Below are positions 1-9,624 of a stretch of DNA of 64,000 nt, piece after piece. The stretch is from a bacterium. GTDB lineage: Bacteria > Myxococcota_A > UBA9160 > SZUA-336. Under the pieces are notes generated by a model. The model searched no databases, had not been told where the DNA came from, and worked only from the letters and a program-made list of their open reading frames with translations. How positions within the stretch are numbered: position 1 is the stretch's first letter; each line of letters begins with the position of its first letter. Location of the stretch: NCBI GenBank assembly GCA_024226335.1, contig JAAELY010000545.1, forward strand, positions 10,523-74,522. Direction: 5' to 3'. Both the position numbers and the translations under genes were made by a program.

Positions 1-2241
1 GTTCCACTCTTGCAGATGAACCAGATCAGGGGGAATACGCCGCCCACGATGAACAGCGTCCCGCCGATTGCGCGGAAGTAAGTCAGGAGCTTCCACACGT
101 CACCCGTCAGGATCTCCTGCGATCGCGCGAACCAGAGTCCTTCCTGAACGACGATCATGATCTGGTACAGACCAACCGGGAACAGGTCGAGGAACATCAT
201 CAGCGCTACGCCGAGCTGTAGCGACCAGAAGGCCGACCGGACCAGCTTCGGGTTCCAGGCTTCCTTGCTGATCAGATGCTGAATGCAGAACAGCATCCCG
301 CCCAGTGCGATGTTTCCCTTTACGCCAAACATGGCGGCATGTGCGTGATTACCCGTCATGTAGGTCGCATGCTCGTAGTAGTTCACGATCGGAAGGTTGA
401 TCAGCGAACCGAATACACCGGCTCCGAAGATGTTCCAGAAGTTGACGGCGAGGACGAACAGCCACACGCCTTCCATCAGGAATACCTGTCTTCCCTCCTG
501 AACGTGCTTCTGAGCACGGCCCGCTTCCGACTTGCCTCGCCACGCATCCAGGGTCAGCAAGAGCAGGGGCAGAACCTGGAGAGTGGAGAAGACGCCTCCA
601 ACCGCGATGATTCCGGTCGGCTTGGCGATCCAGTAGAAGTTATGAGAAATGCCGAGGGTCGCTGTGACCAGGAACATCATCACGGCCAGGAAGATGACGC
701 GCTCGGCCATCATCCGGGAGATGAGGCCCATCTGAACGAGCATGTAGCCGACGATGACGGTCGTGAACACCTCGAAGGTGACCTCGACCCACATGTGAAC
801 GACCATCCAACGCCAGTAATCAGAAACGGCGAAGTTCTGCTCCGGTGAAATCATCAGCCCGAAGAACAGGAACGCGACCATGATTCCGCTGCCGTAGAGC
901 AGCCAGGAGGGCACAGACCAGATGTTCTTCGCAGTCAGCCACGGCTTCACACCGCGGTAGATGATGAAGATCCAGAGGGCGAACGAACTCAGCAGCGTGT
1001 ACTGGAAGGCTCGGCCGACCTCCATGAACTCCCAGCCCTGGCTACCGAACCAGTACGCCGCCTGGCCCGTGAGGATGCCCGTCTGTCCGGCGTAGATTCC
1101 GACCAGTGCACCCGCACCCGTGACCATGCAGATCGCGAATAGCAGGTTGATCAGGAAAAGCTGCCCGTTCGGAACCTTGGAGAGCCGGGGCAGGAAGAAG
1201 ATCGTGTAGCCGACCCACGCCATGAAGAACCAGTAGATCTGGAACAGCGTGTGATAGCTACGCAGAACGTTGAAGGGGATGATATCGCCCAGCGAGATCC
1301 CGAACGGACGAACGAAGTCCATCGACGCGAGAATACCCGCGATGACCTGACACCCGAACAGAATGATCGAAAAGACGAAGAACTTGTAGGTGGACTTTTG
1401 AGTGGCGCGGACACGCCCATCTTCAAGGTCGCTCGTGGTGAGCGAAGTTCCGTCTCCGGTGAAGGGATCACCTTGCTCCTTGAACTGTCCATACACGTAG
1501 AGAACCGCGAGGATGCCCAGGAAAAGTCCGAAGATCGAAATGAAGCTCCAGATCCAGGTCTGGCTGGTCGCGTAGTTTCCGGCATCGGGATCGTACGGCC
1601 AGTTATGCGTGTAGCTATAGACCTGACCGGGGCGGTTCGCTCCGGAAACCCAGCCTCCCCAGAAGAAGAAGGCCGTCAGGTCGCGAAGATCCGTCGGATC
1701 CGAAATGTATCCACTCGGTTCGAACGCTTCTCCGTAGTCCGGGTCGTTGAACATGCTCGTGTAGTGAACGACGAGCTCTTCGTACGCTCGCTCCTGGGCA
1801 TCGCTGATCACGATGTGCCCGGCCTTCTCGTCATAAGTGTTCGCGTGGATTTCTCGGATTACCCGTACCGAGATCGCATCCTTGTCGTGCTGGCTTCCAT
1901 CACCTTGCTCTTCGTAGAAGGCGCGCATGGAAACCACCATGCGGTGCAGGGCATCTGCGGTGAAGTCGGGGCCGCGCTCGGCTCCGTCACCCCAGAAAGA
2001 GCCATAACCCATCAAGCCTCGAAGATGGAAGACTTCCTGTCCGTGCTTGATCTGCTCACGGGAGATCACCGTCTCGCCGGTGACCTTCTTGTAGTCTTCC
2101 AGCGGTGGGGCTCCCACATAGGTTTGCGTTCCCAAATAGACCAGACCTGCGATGCAGATTGCTGAGACGATCAGGAAGTGCACCCACCAGGTGTTCTTGT
2201 CCTGAAGGATCTCAGCAAGGTTTCGGCTCGAATTACTCATG
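1..2241 (-). CDS. norZ: Quinol-dependent nitric oxide reductase (qNOR, NorZ/NorB-like), 5'-partial in window. The start is at 2241; the 3' end runs off the window edge.
   Basis: Reverse-strand translation from the ATG at 2239-2241 gives MSNSSRNLAEILQDKNTWWVHFLIVSAICIAG..., i.e. one TM helix and then a ~250-aa hydrophilic domain with no CXXCH. Twelve or more TM helices of heme-copper subunit-I type follow, with conserved His in the helices (WRWMVVHMWVEVTFEV, ISHNFYWIAKP, MTGNHAHAAMFG). This layout is typical of qNOR: a NorC-like N-terminal extension lacking heme c, fused to NorB. The track does not list it because the stop codon lies outside the window. Confidence 0.75.
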
Positions 2242-2505
2242 TAGGCTCCCCCGCATTATTGGCGGATAGATAAAGCGGCTAATCTGAAGGCGTATCCTAT
2301 CGAGGTCCCGGCTGGGTCCGCGTCGGTCAGATGACCGATACACGCCAGTCTTTTTGAATAAAGACAAGGCTCATGAGAAAGGGTCCTTGGCCCCACTCCA
2401 GGCGTGTGATTACACCCTCATGAGCGTTGTACAGGCACACCCGCCCCGGTCGCCCCATCAATGGGTTTCAGCGGGGCGAGGAGCGGGCGCGTAGCTGCCC
2501 TCAGC

Positions 2506-3471
2506 TCAGTTGACGAGTCCCATTTCCACATAGCCGGGACGCGTCCGCTCCGTGATGAGCCCGAGACGCTCCAGCTGGGGAATGACGTACTGGCGGAAGG
2601 GATTGGGCTGAGAAGCGCGGAATTCCGGATCGGAAAACTTCTCCGTCAGCTCTTTCAACGCCGCATCGGTATCGACCCCGACATCGGCGAAGATCTGGAA
2701 CATGGGGCCACCGTTCTCGGCCTGCGCTGCGGGATCGGCCAAGAGCTTGACTCCCGCAAGGGCGAAGTCCTCGACCTTGTTGCGCTCGTCTTCCGCCATG
2801 CGCGGAAGTTCTTCGCTCATGTAGATCAGACCGAAAGAGACGTGGCGAGCCTCATCTCGAGCCGTCAGATCCACGAGGCGCGAGAGCACCTCGTCCTCGG
2901 TGCCTTCTTTCATCATCTTGAACGAACCCATGGCCAGGCTCTCCGCGATGACCTGCATGCCGACGCACTTCATCTGCCACATATCTGCGGTCAAAACGGC
3001 GTTGAGCAAGGCCTTCAACGAAGGCATGATCGGATAGACGTGGTCCAGTCGCTTGATGTAGCGGTGGAACACCTCGACGTGGCGCGCCTCGTCGATCACC
3101 TGGGTGGACGCGTAGAACTTGCCGTCCATATCGGGCACGACCTCGACGAGCTGCCCGCAGCAGAGCATTGCTCCCTGCTCTCCGTGGAGCATCTGAGACA
3201 GCGTCCAGGCCGAGCGACGACTGTTCAGCTCGATCCGCTTTTCGTCTGAAAGCTCCTGGATGAAGTCAAAACCGGCGAGCGGGTCGCCACCCGGACCGGC
3301 AATCGTGCCGACCTTCGCCGGATCGGTCTCCAGGTCCCAGGGGATGTCGGTCGTCGCGTTCCACTGCTCTTTCTTCGCGACCTCGTAGAGATCGTGAAGC
3401 GCTTTCACGTTCGACTCGTAGTCGAACTTCCACAGTGTCTTGAGCGGTGTAATGATCTCTTCGAGGGTCAA
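2506..3471 (-). CDS. Ferritin-like diiron-carboxylate protein, paralog 1 (AurF/R2-like superfamily; exact family unresolved). Probable TTG start at 3471; the track extends the ORF to 3603.
   Basis: Two E...EXXH motifs are present (GEQGA...DEARHVEVF and AESLAMG...DEARHVSFG). The protein is ~70% identical to the paralog at 12055-13011. The alignment to that paralog's N-terminus (MKMPVEEIIT vs LTLEEIIT) and a GAGGA motif 7 nt upstream support the TTG start at 3469-3471. Confidence 0.6.
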   Translation of the reverse strand: MTLEEIITPLKTLWKFDYESNVKALHDLYEVAKKEQWNATTDIPWDLETDPAKVGTIAGPGGDPLAGFDFIQELSDEKRIELNSRRSAWTLSQMLHGEQGAMLCCGQLVEVVPDMDGKFYASTQVIDEARHVEVFHRYIKRLDHVYPIMPSLKALLNAVLTADMWQMKCVGMQVIAESLAMGSFKMMKEGTEDEVLSRLVDLTARDEARHVSFGLIYMSEELPRMAEDERNKVEDFALAGVKLLADPAAQAENGGPMFQIFADVGVDTDAALKELTEKFSDPEFRASQPNPFRQYVIPQLERLGLITERTRPGYVEMGLVN

Positions 3472-3497
3472 ATCGCGGTCCTCCAGACGAAAATCGA

Positions 3498-3770
3498 TTA
3501 GTTGAGATTGGCGGACGTAGAATCGCCAGCCGGAGTTGATGCGGACGAGACACCGTTGGTCTCGGATTGGGGTTCGCGCGCACGGAGCCCTCCGAGAGGG
3601 CAATACTCGGAAGCCTCGACGCAGGCTTCCTCCTCCTCAGGGGTTTCAGGCTGCTTGACGACCTGAGCCGTCGAGGACCCAGCCGGGATCTCGAAGTTCT
3701 CGGGTGCCCGTTCCTCACACAAACGGCAGCCCGTACAGTCCCGGTCGATTACCTCGAATTGACGTGGCAC
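3498..3770 (-). CDS. Small single-cluster [3Fe/4Fe-4S] ferredoxin with a low-complexity C-terminal tail.
   Basis: CTGCRLCEERAP ... EYCPLGG gives the Cx2Cx2C...CP motif. It lies 27 nt upstream of the diiron gene on the same strand. Confidence 0.65.
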   Translation of the reverse strand: MPRQFEVIDRDCTGCRLCEERAPENFEIPAGSSTAQVVKQPETPEEEEACVEASEYCPLGGLRAREPQSETNGVSSASTPAGDSTSANLN

Positions 3771-4061
3771 AGGAAAGCCTCCAACTGCGGATCTGAGCCG
3801 CGGTACCCCTATACGCTACCGCTACTCAATACTAAAGTTAGACTCCACTCTACGATTAGATAGTACCATAGAATCCCGGGAACCGGCCTAGATTCGAGCC
3901 ATGGGAAGCAAGTTCTGGGGAATCGCTTTGAGATCTCCAGAAGTCGTTGAATTTCAAGCAGATAGCCCGTATCGATGCCAGGTTCGAAGAGTCCGCGGAG
4001 TTCGATGCGGTAAGATGTCTCAGCGAACGCCCGGGTTGAGGGGCGGGTAAGAAGGGATTCT

Positions 4062-4694
4062 TTGTCGGAACTGGTCACACCTGGACGTCGCGAGAGGCGG
4101 AAGATCGAGCTTCGCGCGCGCATCTACGAGGAGGCCAGGAATCTGTTCCGGGTCCACGGCTTCGAAGGCACCACCGTGGGCCAGATTGCCGCGGCTGCGG
4201 ACATCGCACCCGCGACCTTCTTCAATCATTTCCAGAACAAACACGCCCTGTTAGGACAGATGACCGCCGAGGTTCTGGACATCCTCGAGAGCATGCTGAT
4301 CCAGGGGTTCGCGGCCGCCGATTCGACGCGCGAGCGTTTGACCGGATTTGTAGCCAACGCGGCCGATCAGATCGCCGAAACGAGGGATCTGGCCCGCGTC
4401 GTACTTCTGGAACTGGTGCGCGGCGAATCCGAACCGGGGGGCCAGCTTCCGTACGTGGCGCGCATCCACGGACCCTTTGTCGCCATGCTGCAAGAAGGCC
4501 AGGAAAAGGGAGAGGTTCGCCGGGATCAGGAGGCAGTCTTCCTGGCGGAGATGGTGGTCGGTCTGCTCAACGCACCGATCACCAACTGGCTTTCCCACCC
4601 GGACTACCCGATCGAGAAGCGCCTGCGACAGGCGGCCCAGTTCGCCTGGGAAGCCATCCAGTTGAAGGCAGATCCGGACCTCGGAAAAGTCTGA
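4062..4694 (+). CDS. TetR/AcrR family transcriptional regulator (TTG start).
   Basis: N-terminal HTH: RARIYEEARNLFRVHGFEGTTVGQIAAAADIAPATFFNHFQNKHALL. It is divergent from the ferredoxin-diiron-qNOR transcription unit. Confidence 0.8.
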   Translation: MSELVTPGRRERRKIELRARIYEEARNLFRVHGFEGTTVGQIAAAADIAPATFFNHFQNKHALLGQMTAEVLDILESMLIQGFAAADSTRERLTGFVANAADQIAETRDLARVVLLELVRGESEPGGQLPYVARIHGPFVAMLQEGQEKGEVRRDQEAVFLAEMVVGLLNAPITNWLSHPDYPIEKRLRQAAQFAWEAIQLKADPDLGKV

Positions 4695-4698
4695 GCCT

Positions 4699-5208
4699 TC
4701 AGCTCAGGAAACCGAAGCGGTGTCCCAGTGAAACCAGCGCGGCGCGCGTCTTTGCGCCGAGCTTCTCGCGCATATGCTCCACGTGGGTGGCCACTGTCGA
4801 CCGGCTGATACCGAGCTTCTCAGCGGCGGAAGCGGTCGTTTCACCGTCGGCGAGCATCTGGAGCACGTTTCGCTCGCGCGGCGTGAGCAGTTCCCATGAC
4901 TCGGGCGCCTCGCCCGCCGCGCAACTGAGCGTGCACACCACGGTGTCACCGAGCGGGATGCACGTGAGCCCGTGACTGCGCCCTTGAACGTTGATCAGGG
5001 CGTGCTGCGTCTGTTCGAGTCCGCGATTCAGCAACTCGCCCACGCAGCCTCTCCGGCAAGGCAGGCCTTCGGCATCATCCAGTCCCGGCACGACGTCCCA
5101 GCACAGGCTCCCAGTACGAGCGCCCATCATGCCGCGCGCAGGGGAATTTTGCGCAAGGACGGTTCCATCCTTGCTGGCGATCACGACTGCGGGGGACTTC
5201 ATCGTCAT
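4699..5208 (-). CDS. LuxR-family (GerE HTH) regulator with a Cys-rich N-terminal domain.
   Basis: C-terminal LTPRERNVLQMLADGETTASAAEKLGISRSTVATHVEHMREKLG. The N-terminal domain carries 7 Cys (CWD, CRRGC, CIP, CTLSC). Confidence 0.7.
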   Translation of the reverse strand: MTMKSPAVVIASKDGTVLAQNSPARGMMGARTGSLCWDVVPGLDDAEGLPCRRGCVGELLNRGLEQTQHALINVQGRSHGLTCIPLGDTVVCTLSCAAGEAPESWELLTPRERNVLQMLADGETTASAAEKLGISRSTVATHVEHMREKLGAKTRAALVSLGHRFGFLS

Positions 5209-5300
5209 CAGCGCCAGAAATGCTTACACAAGAGACCTGAGAGCGGCATGACCGGGATCATACGCTTCTCCAGATGCCGGGTGGGAACGGGATCGGGGTT

Positions 5301-5678
5301 CTAGGGGAGAGGATTGGGACCCTCCAGAACTCCGGTAATCCGGCGGCCCAGACGCTTGAGGGTGGATCCCAGGGTCCGGTCCTTCGCCCGGAAATGAGAG
5401 GTCTCGGGTCCGAGAACCAATTTGTGGGCGCGTTCGGGCGTGAGCTTCTTGGCGCGCTCGAAGAGCTCCATCTCGGTTCCGGGGTTGTTCGGATCGACCA
5501 CGCAGCAGTCGATCGGACAGGCTCGCGCGCACTGTTGCGTGTGAAAGAAGCCGACGCATTCGGTGCAGCGATCCGGATTGATGACGAAGTTCTCCGAACC
5601 CCTGGTAATGCCGCCGCTCGGGCAGGCCCGCTCGCAGACGCCACAGTTGAAGCAGTCCTCGGTAATCATGTTCGACAC
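5301..5678 (-). CDS. 2x[4Fe-4S] ferredoxin of Allochromatium (Alvin/YfhL) type. GTG start with an AAGGAG RBS.
   Basis: CFNCGVCERACP and CTECVGFFHTQQCARACP. The second cluster has the extended Cx2Cx8Cx3CP spacing, and there is a long C-terminal tail. Confidence 0.7.
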   Translation of the reverse strand: MSNMITEDCFNCGVCERACPSGGITRGSENFVINPDRCTECVGFFHTQQCARACPIDCCVVDPNNPGTEMELFERAKKLTPERAHKLVLGPETSHFRAKDRTLGSTLKRLGRRITGVLEGPNPLP

Positions 5679-5824
5679 GTACGAGACTCCTTCTCAGCTT
5701 CAATACAGTGCGAGGCTACCATCGCATGGGTGAACCTGGCCGGCTATGACACGCGTCATACCTTCTCGCCCTACACATAGAGACAAGTGAAACAGAAGAC
5801 AGGCGCGGCTTGGCAATCCTAGCG

Positions 5825-7162
5825 TCACTCGGGACCAGAAACCGATCGTTCCGGTTGAGATTCAGGACGTTGGCGAAGAACGCGGATCAGGCTCTCGCCA
5901 AACTGGAAGGCACAGGCCAGTAGCAAGAGCCCGGTCATTCGAACCAGCAGGTCGTGAGGGTTGAGGATGGCCGCTACACCCGCGACTAACGTCGTCAGGT
6001 GGAGGGCAAATCCGATGCGGATCGTCGTCTCGGGCAGCAGCTTGCGCAGCGAAGGAACGGGGGCCAATCCCACAAGAGGCGAGAAGCGGTGAAACCAGAC
6101 GAGAAACGGCACGATGCGACAGAGCATCCCGTGCACGATTGCACCCGCCCAACCCCAGATTGCGAGCCACCCAAACAGCAGGTCCCAGCGAGGGTCGAGC
6201 AGTTGATACGCGGCCACCGCTGCGATCGCGGTCAGGGGTGCCATGATCAGGCCCAGTTTCCAGAATAGAAGGCTTCCGTCGACGCGCCGACGCCGGCGCT
6301 TTCCCAGACCTGCCCAGGTCAGAGCGGGTTGCACGCACCAGACACTGACCATCGCCGGCAATGAACCGAGCGCCGCCAACCTGTCCGGCGCACTCCAGCC
6401 GTGTCCGCGAAGCCCGAAGTAGTCCAGCACGAGAATCACTACGGGCAGTAGGACGCCGGCCGCCACACCCAGCAGAATTCCGCGTTGTACACGGTGCCCG
6501 ATCGGTGGCGCCAGATAGAACATGGGCACGACCTGCCAGGACACGGCACTGATCAGGCCACCGACCCAACCCAGCAAGGCCACTCCCAGGTGGACTTGAA
6601 TCCAGAGCGGTCGGGGTCCGGGAAAGCGCATGGCGCTATGGCCGTGCGCCATCCAGAGACCGAGGAAGGCGGCCAGAATCAACGAGTACAGTGCGAGACG
6701 CATGCCGCTCACGGTCGCTGTGCGGGCGGGTGCTCGGCGTAGAGCCCTGGCGACCGGAACGATGAACATGAGCAGGGCTGGCGTGAGCACGGCGATCGCG
6801 TCAAACACCGCCCAGGAGCGGTGAGCGTAGAGACCGAACACGAGCAGACCGAGCGCGACGACGAAGCTCGCGTGTACGACGTGCGCCAGGCCCACCCGCG
6901 GAACGGAAGCTCCCGCGACCACGGGCGTGATCTGATAGAGCGCGCCCATCATCACGATCGAGAGAAAGCCCAGGGTCCCCAGATGGACCAGCGCCAGCGT
7001 CTCGGAAGCCCAGGGAGAGAGAAAGATCTCGCGACCCACGCCGGCAACCAGTACACCGGCTGCGGCGATCGCCACGGGCGCGGTCAAGAAGAACGAACAG
7101 GGAATACGCAGCGGTGGCGCCTGATCGAGGTGCAGACCTTCGGTCGATATTCCGCTGCTCAT
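5825..7162 (-). CDS. Polytopic membrane protein (~12 TM), possibly NnrS family.
   Basis: Hydrophobic throughout, with several intramembrane His. Sits in an NO-stress context beside the TetR-DUF2249 gene. The family assignment is tentative. Confidence 0.4.
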   Translation of the reverse strand: MSSGISTEGLHLDQAPPLRIPCSFFLTAPVAIAAAGVLVAGVGREIFLSPWASETLALVHLGTLGFLSIVMMGALYQITPVVAGASVPRVGLAHVVHASFVVALGLLVFGLYAHRSWAVFDAIAVLTPALLMFIVPVARALRRAPARTATVSGMRLALYSLILAAFLGLWMAHGHSAMRFPGPRPLWIQVHLGVALLGWVGGLISAVSWQVVPMFYLAPPIGHRVQRGILLGVAAGVLLPVVILVLDYFGLRGHGWSAPDRLAALGSLPAMVSVWCVQPALTWAGLGKRRRRRVDGSLLFWKLGLIMAPLTAIAAVAAYQLLDPRWDLLFGWLAIWGWAGAIVHGMLCRIVPFLVWFHRFSPLVGLAPVPSLRKLLPETTIRIGFALHLTTLVAGVAAILNPHDLLVRMTGLLLLACAFQFGESLIRVLRQRPESQPERSVSGPE

Positions 7163-8292
7163 TTCGGCCTCCGTACACAGATCAATGCGCTGCCGTCGAA
7201 CTCCCGGTGCACCTCCCAGGTCAACCCGCGCTCCTTCAGATGGGGAAAGAGCATGCGCGGCTCGCGGGGCACGCGCGCCAGAAGCGCGTCGCCGGACTCG
7301 AGCCCGGGAGTGGCTTCGAGAATCCGCTCCAGCGGAAGCGGGGCCTCGAGGTCGCAGTAGTCCGCGATCTCGGCAGCACCGGGAGGCTGGATCTCAACCC
7401 CCCAGAGGCCGGGCTCCAATTCGCGAGCGCTCAGCCGATAGCCCCGCCCCCCGAGCAAGCTCAGCAGAGGGCCGGGGCGAAAAGGCGCGATGAGCTTCAA
7501 CACACCGTCTGAGGGTAGTTGATCGAGCCGATCGAGGATCCGACTCAGCGGATCGCGACCCTGCTCGAGGATGGGACGCACATCCAGAAACGAGAGCGTG
7601 CAGGTGATGGGGTCGTCCTGGATTGCGTCGGCCTGTTCGGAGTCCCGCGCTTCGGAGTCCTGGGCTTCAAGAATCGGCTCAGCGCGTCGCTGCGGCTCGC
7701 CCGCCGCGAGACCGGCTCGCCACAACGCCAGTAGTGCATCCACTTGCTCCTCGAGTTCCGAACCGCGACCCGAGAGTTGCCACTGCAACAGGACGCCCTG
7801 AATCTGGGCGACGAACAGGCTACCGGCGAGTTCGGGATCGATGGATTCGCGCAGCTCCCCGGATCGCTGCGCCTGCCGAATCAACTCGCTGACCAGCGCC
7901 CGCTGCATCGAGACCAGGTGCCGGAGTGGTTGATGGTGAGGGGCGTCGGAAGGTGTCGCCGCGTCGTAGAACAACAGACGGGGCATACCGGGGTGGGCCC
8001 TGGCATAGCCGACCACGCGTCGAAACAGGGAGTCGAGCGCCTCGAGAGGCGGCCGATCCGGTCGCAGCACGTCCACCGCGAGGATCTCGAGCTGCTCCCG
8101 GGTGTGCACGACGACCGCTTCAAGGATCTCGTCACGCGAGCGGAAATGCCGAAAAAGAGCCGGTTGCGAGACCCCCACGCGCCGCGCGACCGCGCGCGTA
8201 GTAATGCCGTGGATGGGGGTATTGGCGAGCAGCGCCAGGGTCGCCTCGACGATTTCCCGGCGACGCCGCTCGCTGGAGTGACGAGGCGACAT
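7159..8292 (-). CDS. TetR-family regulator fused to two tandem DUF2249-like (TusA-like) domains. The true ATG is at 8290-8292; the track ORF extends spuriously to 8736.
   Basis: MSPRHSSERRRREIVEATLALLANTPIHGITTRAVARRVGVSQPALFRHF is a TetR HTH. The C-terminal half holds two similar ~80-aa units (ITCTLSFLDVRPILEQ...LKLIAPFRPGPLL and DYCDLEAPLPLERILE...ARVPREP). The stop overlaps the next gene as ATGA. Confidence 0.6.
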   Translation of the reverse strand: MSPRHSSERRRREIVEATLALLANTPIHGITTRAVARRVGVSQPALFRHFRSRDEILEAVVVHTREQLEILAVDVLRPDRPPLEALDSLFRRVVGYARAHPGMPRLLFYDAATPSDAPHHQPLRHLVSMQRALVSELIRQAQRSGELRESIDPELAGSLFVAQIQGVLLQWQLSGRGSELEEQVDALLALWRAGLAAGEPQRRAEPILEAQDSEARDSEQADAIQDDPITCTLSFLDVRPILEQGRDPLSRILDRLDQLPSDGVLKLIAPFRPGPLLSLLGGRGYRLSARELEPGLWGVEIQPPGAAEIADYCDLEAPLPLERILEATPGLESGDALLARVPREPRMLFPHLKERGLTWEVHREFDGSALICVRRPK

Positions 8293-8306
8293 CGGAGCCT
8301 GTATGT

Positions 8307-8318
8307 TATCAAACGATA
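8307..8318. promoter_or_regulatory. Short inverted repeat TATC-aaac-GATA in the TetR-DUF2249 / hemerythrin divergent region.
   Basis: tatcaaacgata. Confidence 0.15.
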
Positions 8319-8391
8319 TCCAGTCACTCACGGCGTCGAGCGACGCCCCCGCCGTCCCTTCGCTGGGCGGAATTTCCCGAGAGGATCCCCG

Positions 8392-8844
8392 ATGTCCACC
8401 AGTCTGGTCGAATTCTTCACACGCGGTCATCGGGACATCGACTCCCGCTGGGCCGAGGTCGAAACTGCCGCCGACGCAGCGGATCGCGATGCGGTCCGCA
8501 CGGCCTGGAGCGGTTTCAATGCACTGTTGCGCGAGCACCTCGACATGGAAGAGCAATTGCTCTTCCCCGCTTTCGAGAATGCCACCGGCATGACCGGCGG
8601 ACCGACCGAGGTCATGCGCGGAGAACACACGCAGATGCGCGGACTGCTCGATCAAATGGCGAGCGCACTCGACGCGGGTGACATACAGGAACTGGTCGAT
8701 CAGGGCGACACGATTCTGATGTTGATCCAGCAGCACAACTCCAAGGAAGAAGGCATGCTCTACCCCATGTCCGAGAACGCGCTGGCAAGCGAGTGGCCCG
8801 GACTCGAAGAGAAGCTGCTCAACTGGAAAAAGAACTCGTCTTAG
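8392..8844 (+). CDS. Hemerythrin-like (HHE cation-binding) protein.
   Basis: MSTSLVEFFTRGHRDID..LREHLDMEEQLLFPAFE..MRGEHTQMRGLLDQ..QQHNSKEEGMLYPM. H/HxxxE pairs are present. RBS GAGAGGA precedes the ATG at 8392. It is divergent from the TetR-DUF2249 gene. Confidence 0.75.
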   Translation: MSTSLVEFFTRGHRDIDSRWAEVETAADAADRDAVRTAWSGFNALLREHLDMEEQLLFPAFENATGMTGGPTEVMRGEHTQMRGLLDQMASALDAGDIQELVDQGDTILMLIQQHNSKEEGMLYPMSENALASEWPGLEEKLLNWKKNSS

Positions 8845-8854
8845 AAAGAATTAC

Positions 8855-9526
8855 ATGGATCGCGTTCGCGGTGTCATCTTCGACGTGGACGGTACGCTGG
8901 CCGACTCGCTCGGCTTCTATTACGGAATGGCCTGCTCGCTCGTCGATGCCCTGGACGCTCCAGCAGTGAGCCGGGGGCGGGTTTACGAACTGATGGGCAG
9001 CGGCGATCCCGACCTGCTGGTCAAACTCTTCCCTGCAGGTTTTCCGGATCTGGAAGCGCGGTTGCGCCAGGCGGTTGGCGACGAAGTTCGAGTCTGGATG
9101 CGCCGCCTGGCCAGTGAGACACAGGCTTTTGCCGGCAGCCTCGAACTACTTCGTGACTTGCACGCGGTGGGCCGCCCGCTGGGGATCGCCACCTCATCGG
9201 CAAGCGCTCTGCCATTTCTAGATCGCTGGGGCGTGCGCCAGTTGTTCTCATCGATCGTAGGACGCGAGCACACCGAGCGACGCAAGCCGCATCCCGACCC
9301 CGTGCTTCGCTGCGTTCGCGAACTCGACCTCGAGCCCGGTGAAACCGCGTACATCGGAGACTCGCCGATCGATATCGAGGCAGGCCGGGCCGCGGGCGTC
9401 CGCACGGTCGGCGTACTGACGGGAACCAGCACACGCGAGACCCTCGAAGCAGTTACTCCCGATTACATCATCGACAGCGTGTCCGACCTGGGACGATTGC
9501 TTCCGGGCCACGAGCCGCGATCGTGA
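8855..9526 (+). CDS. HAD-superfamily hydrolase (phosphoglycolate phosphatase-like).
   Basis: VIFDVDGTLADS motif I. A C-terminal GDSPIDIEAGRAAG motif is also present. Confidence 0.8.
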   Translation: MDRVRGVIFDVDGTLADSLGFYYGMACSLVDALDAPAVSRGRVYELMGSGDPDLLVKLFPAGFPDLEARLRQAVGDEVRVWMRRLASETQAFAGSLELLRDLHAVGRPLGIATSSASALPFLDRWGVRQLFSSIVGREHTERRKPHPDPVLRCVRELDLEPGETAYIGDSPIDIEAGRAAGVRTVGVLTGTSTRETLEAVTPDYIIDSVSDLGRLLPGHEPRS

Positions 9527-9539
9527 CGCAGGCGTCAGA
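9526..9539 (+). terminator. Candidate stem-loop after the HAD gene.
   Basis: TGACGC-AG-GCGTCA perfect 6-bp stem, followed by an AT-rich stretch. Confidence 0.3.
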
Positions 9540-9624
9540 ACTACTGTAATATCTCTGGAAGTCCGGTTCTGGGATCTCCGCGCTTGCGAAGTCGGCGCTC
9601 TCCCAGTCGAGTACGACCGGTCGC

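Noticed and set aside
276-2165. Plus-strand ORFs 276..848 and 1251..2165.
   Set aside because: Antisense to the qNOR gene. The qNOR reverse-strand translation is a coherent 12-TM HCO subunit.
7744-8391. Upstream part of the track ORF 7744..8844 (366 aa).
   Set aside because: Low-complexity antisense translation of the TetR-DUF2249 gene. The real hemerythrin starts at 8392 with a good RBS.
8293-8736. N-terminal 148 codons of the track ORF 7159..8736.
   Set aside because: No protein-like features. The region overlaps the hemerythrin promoter, and the true TetR start is the ATG at 8292.
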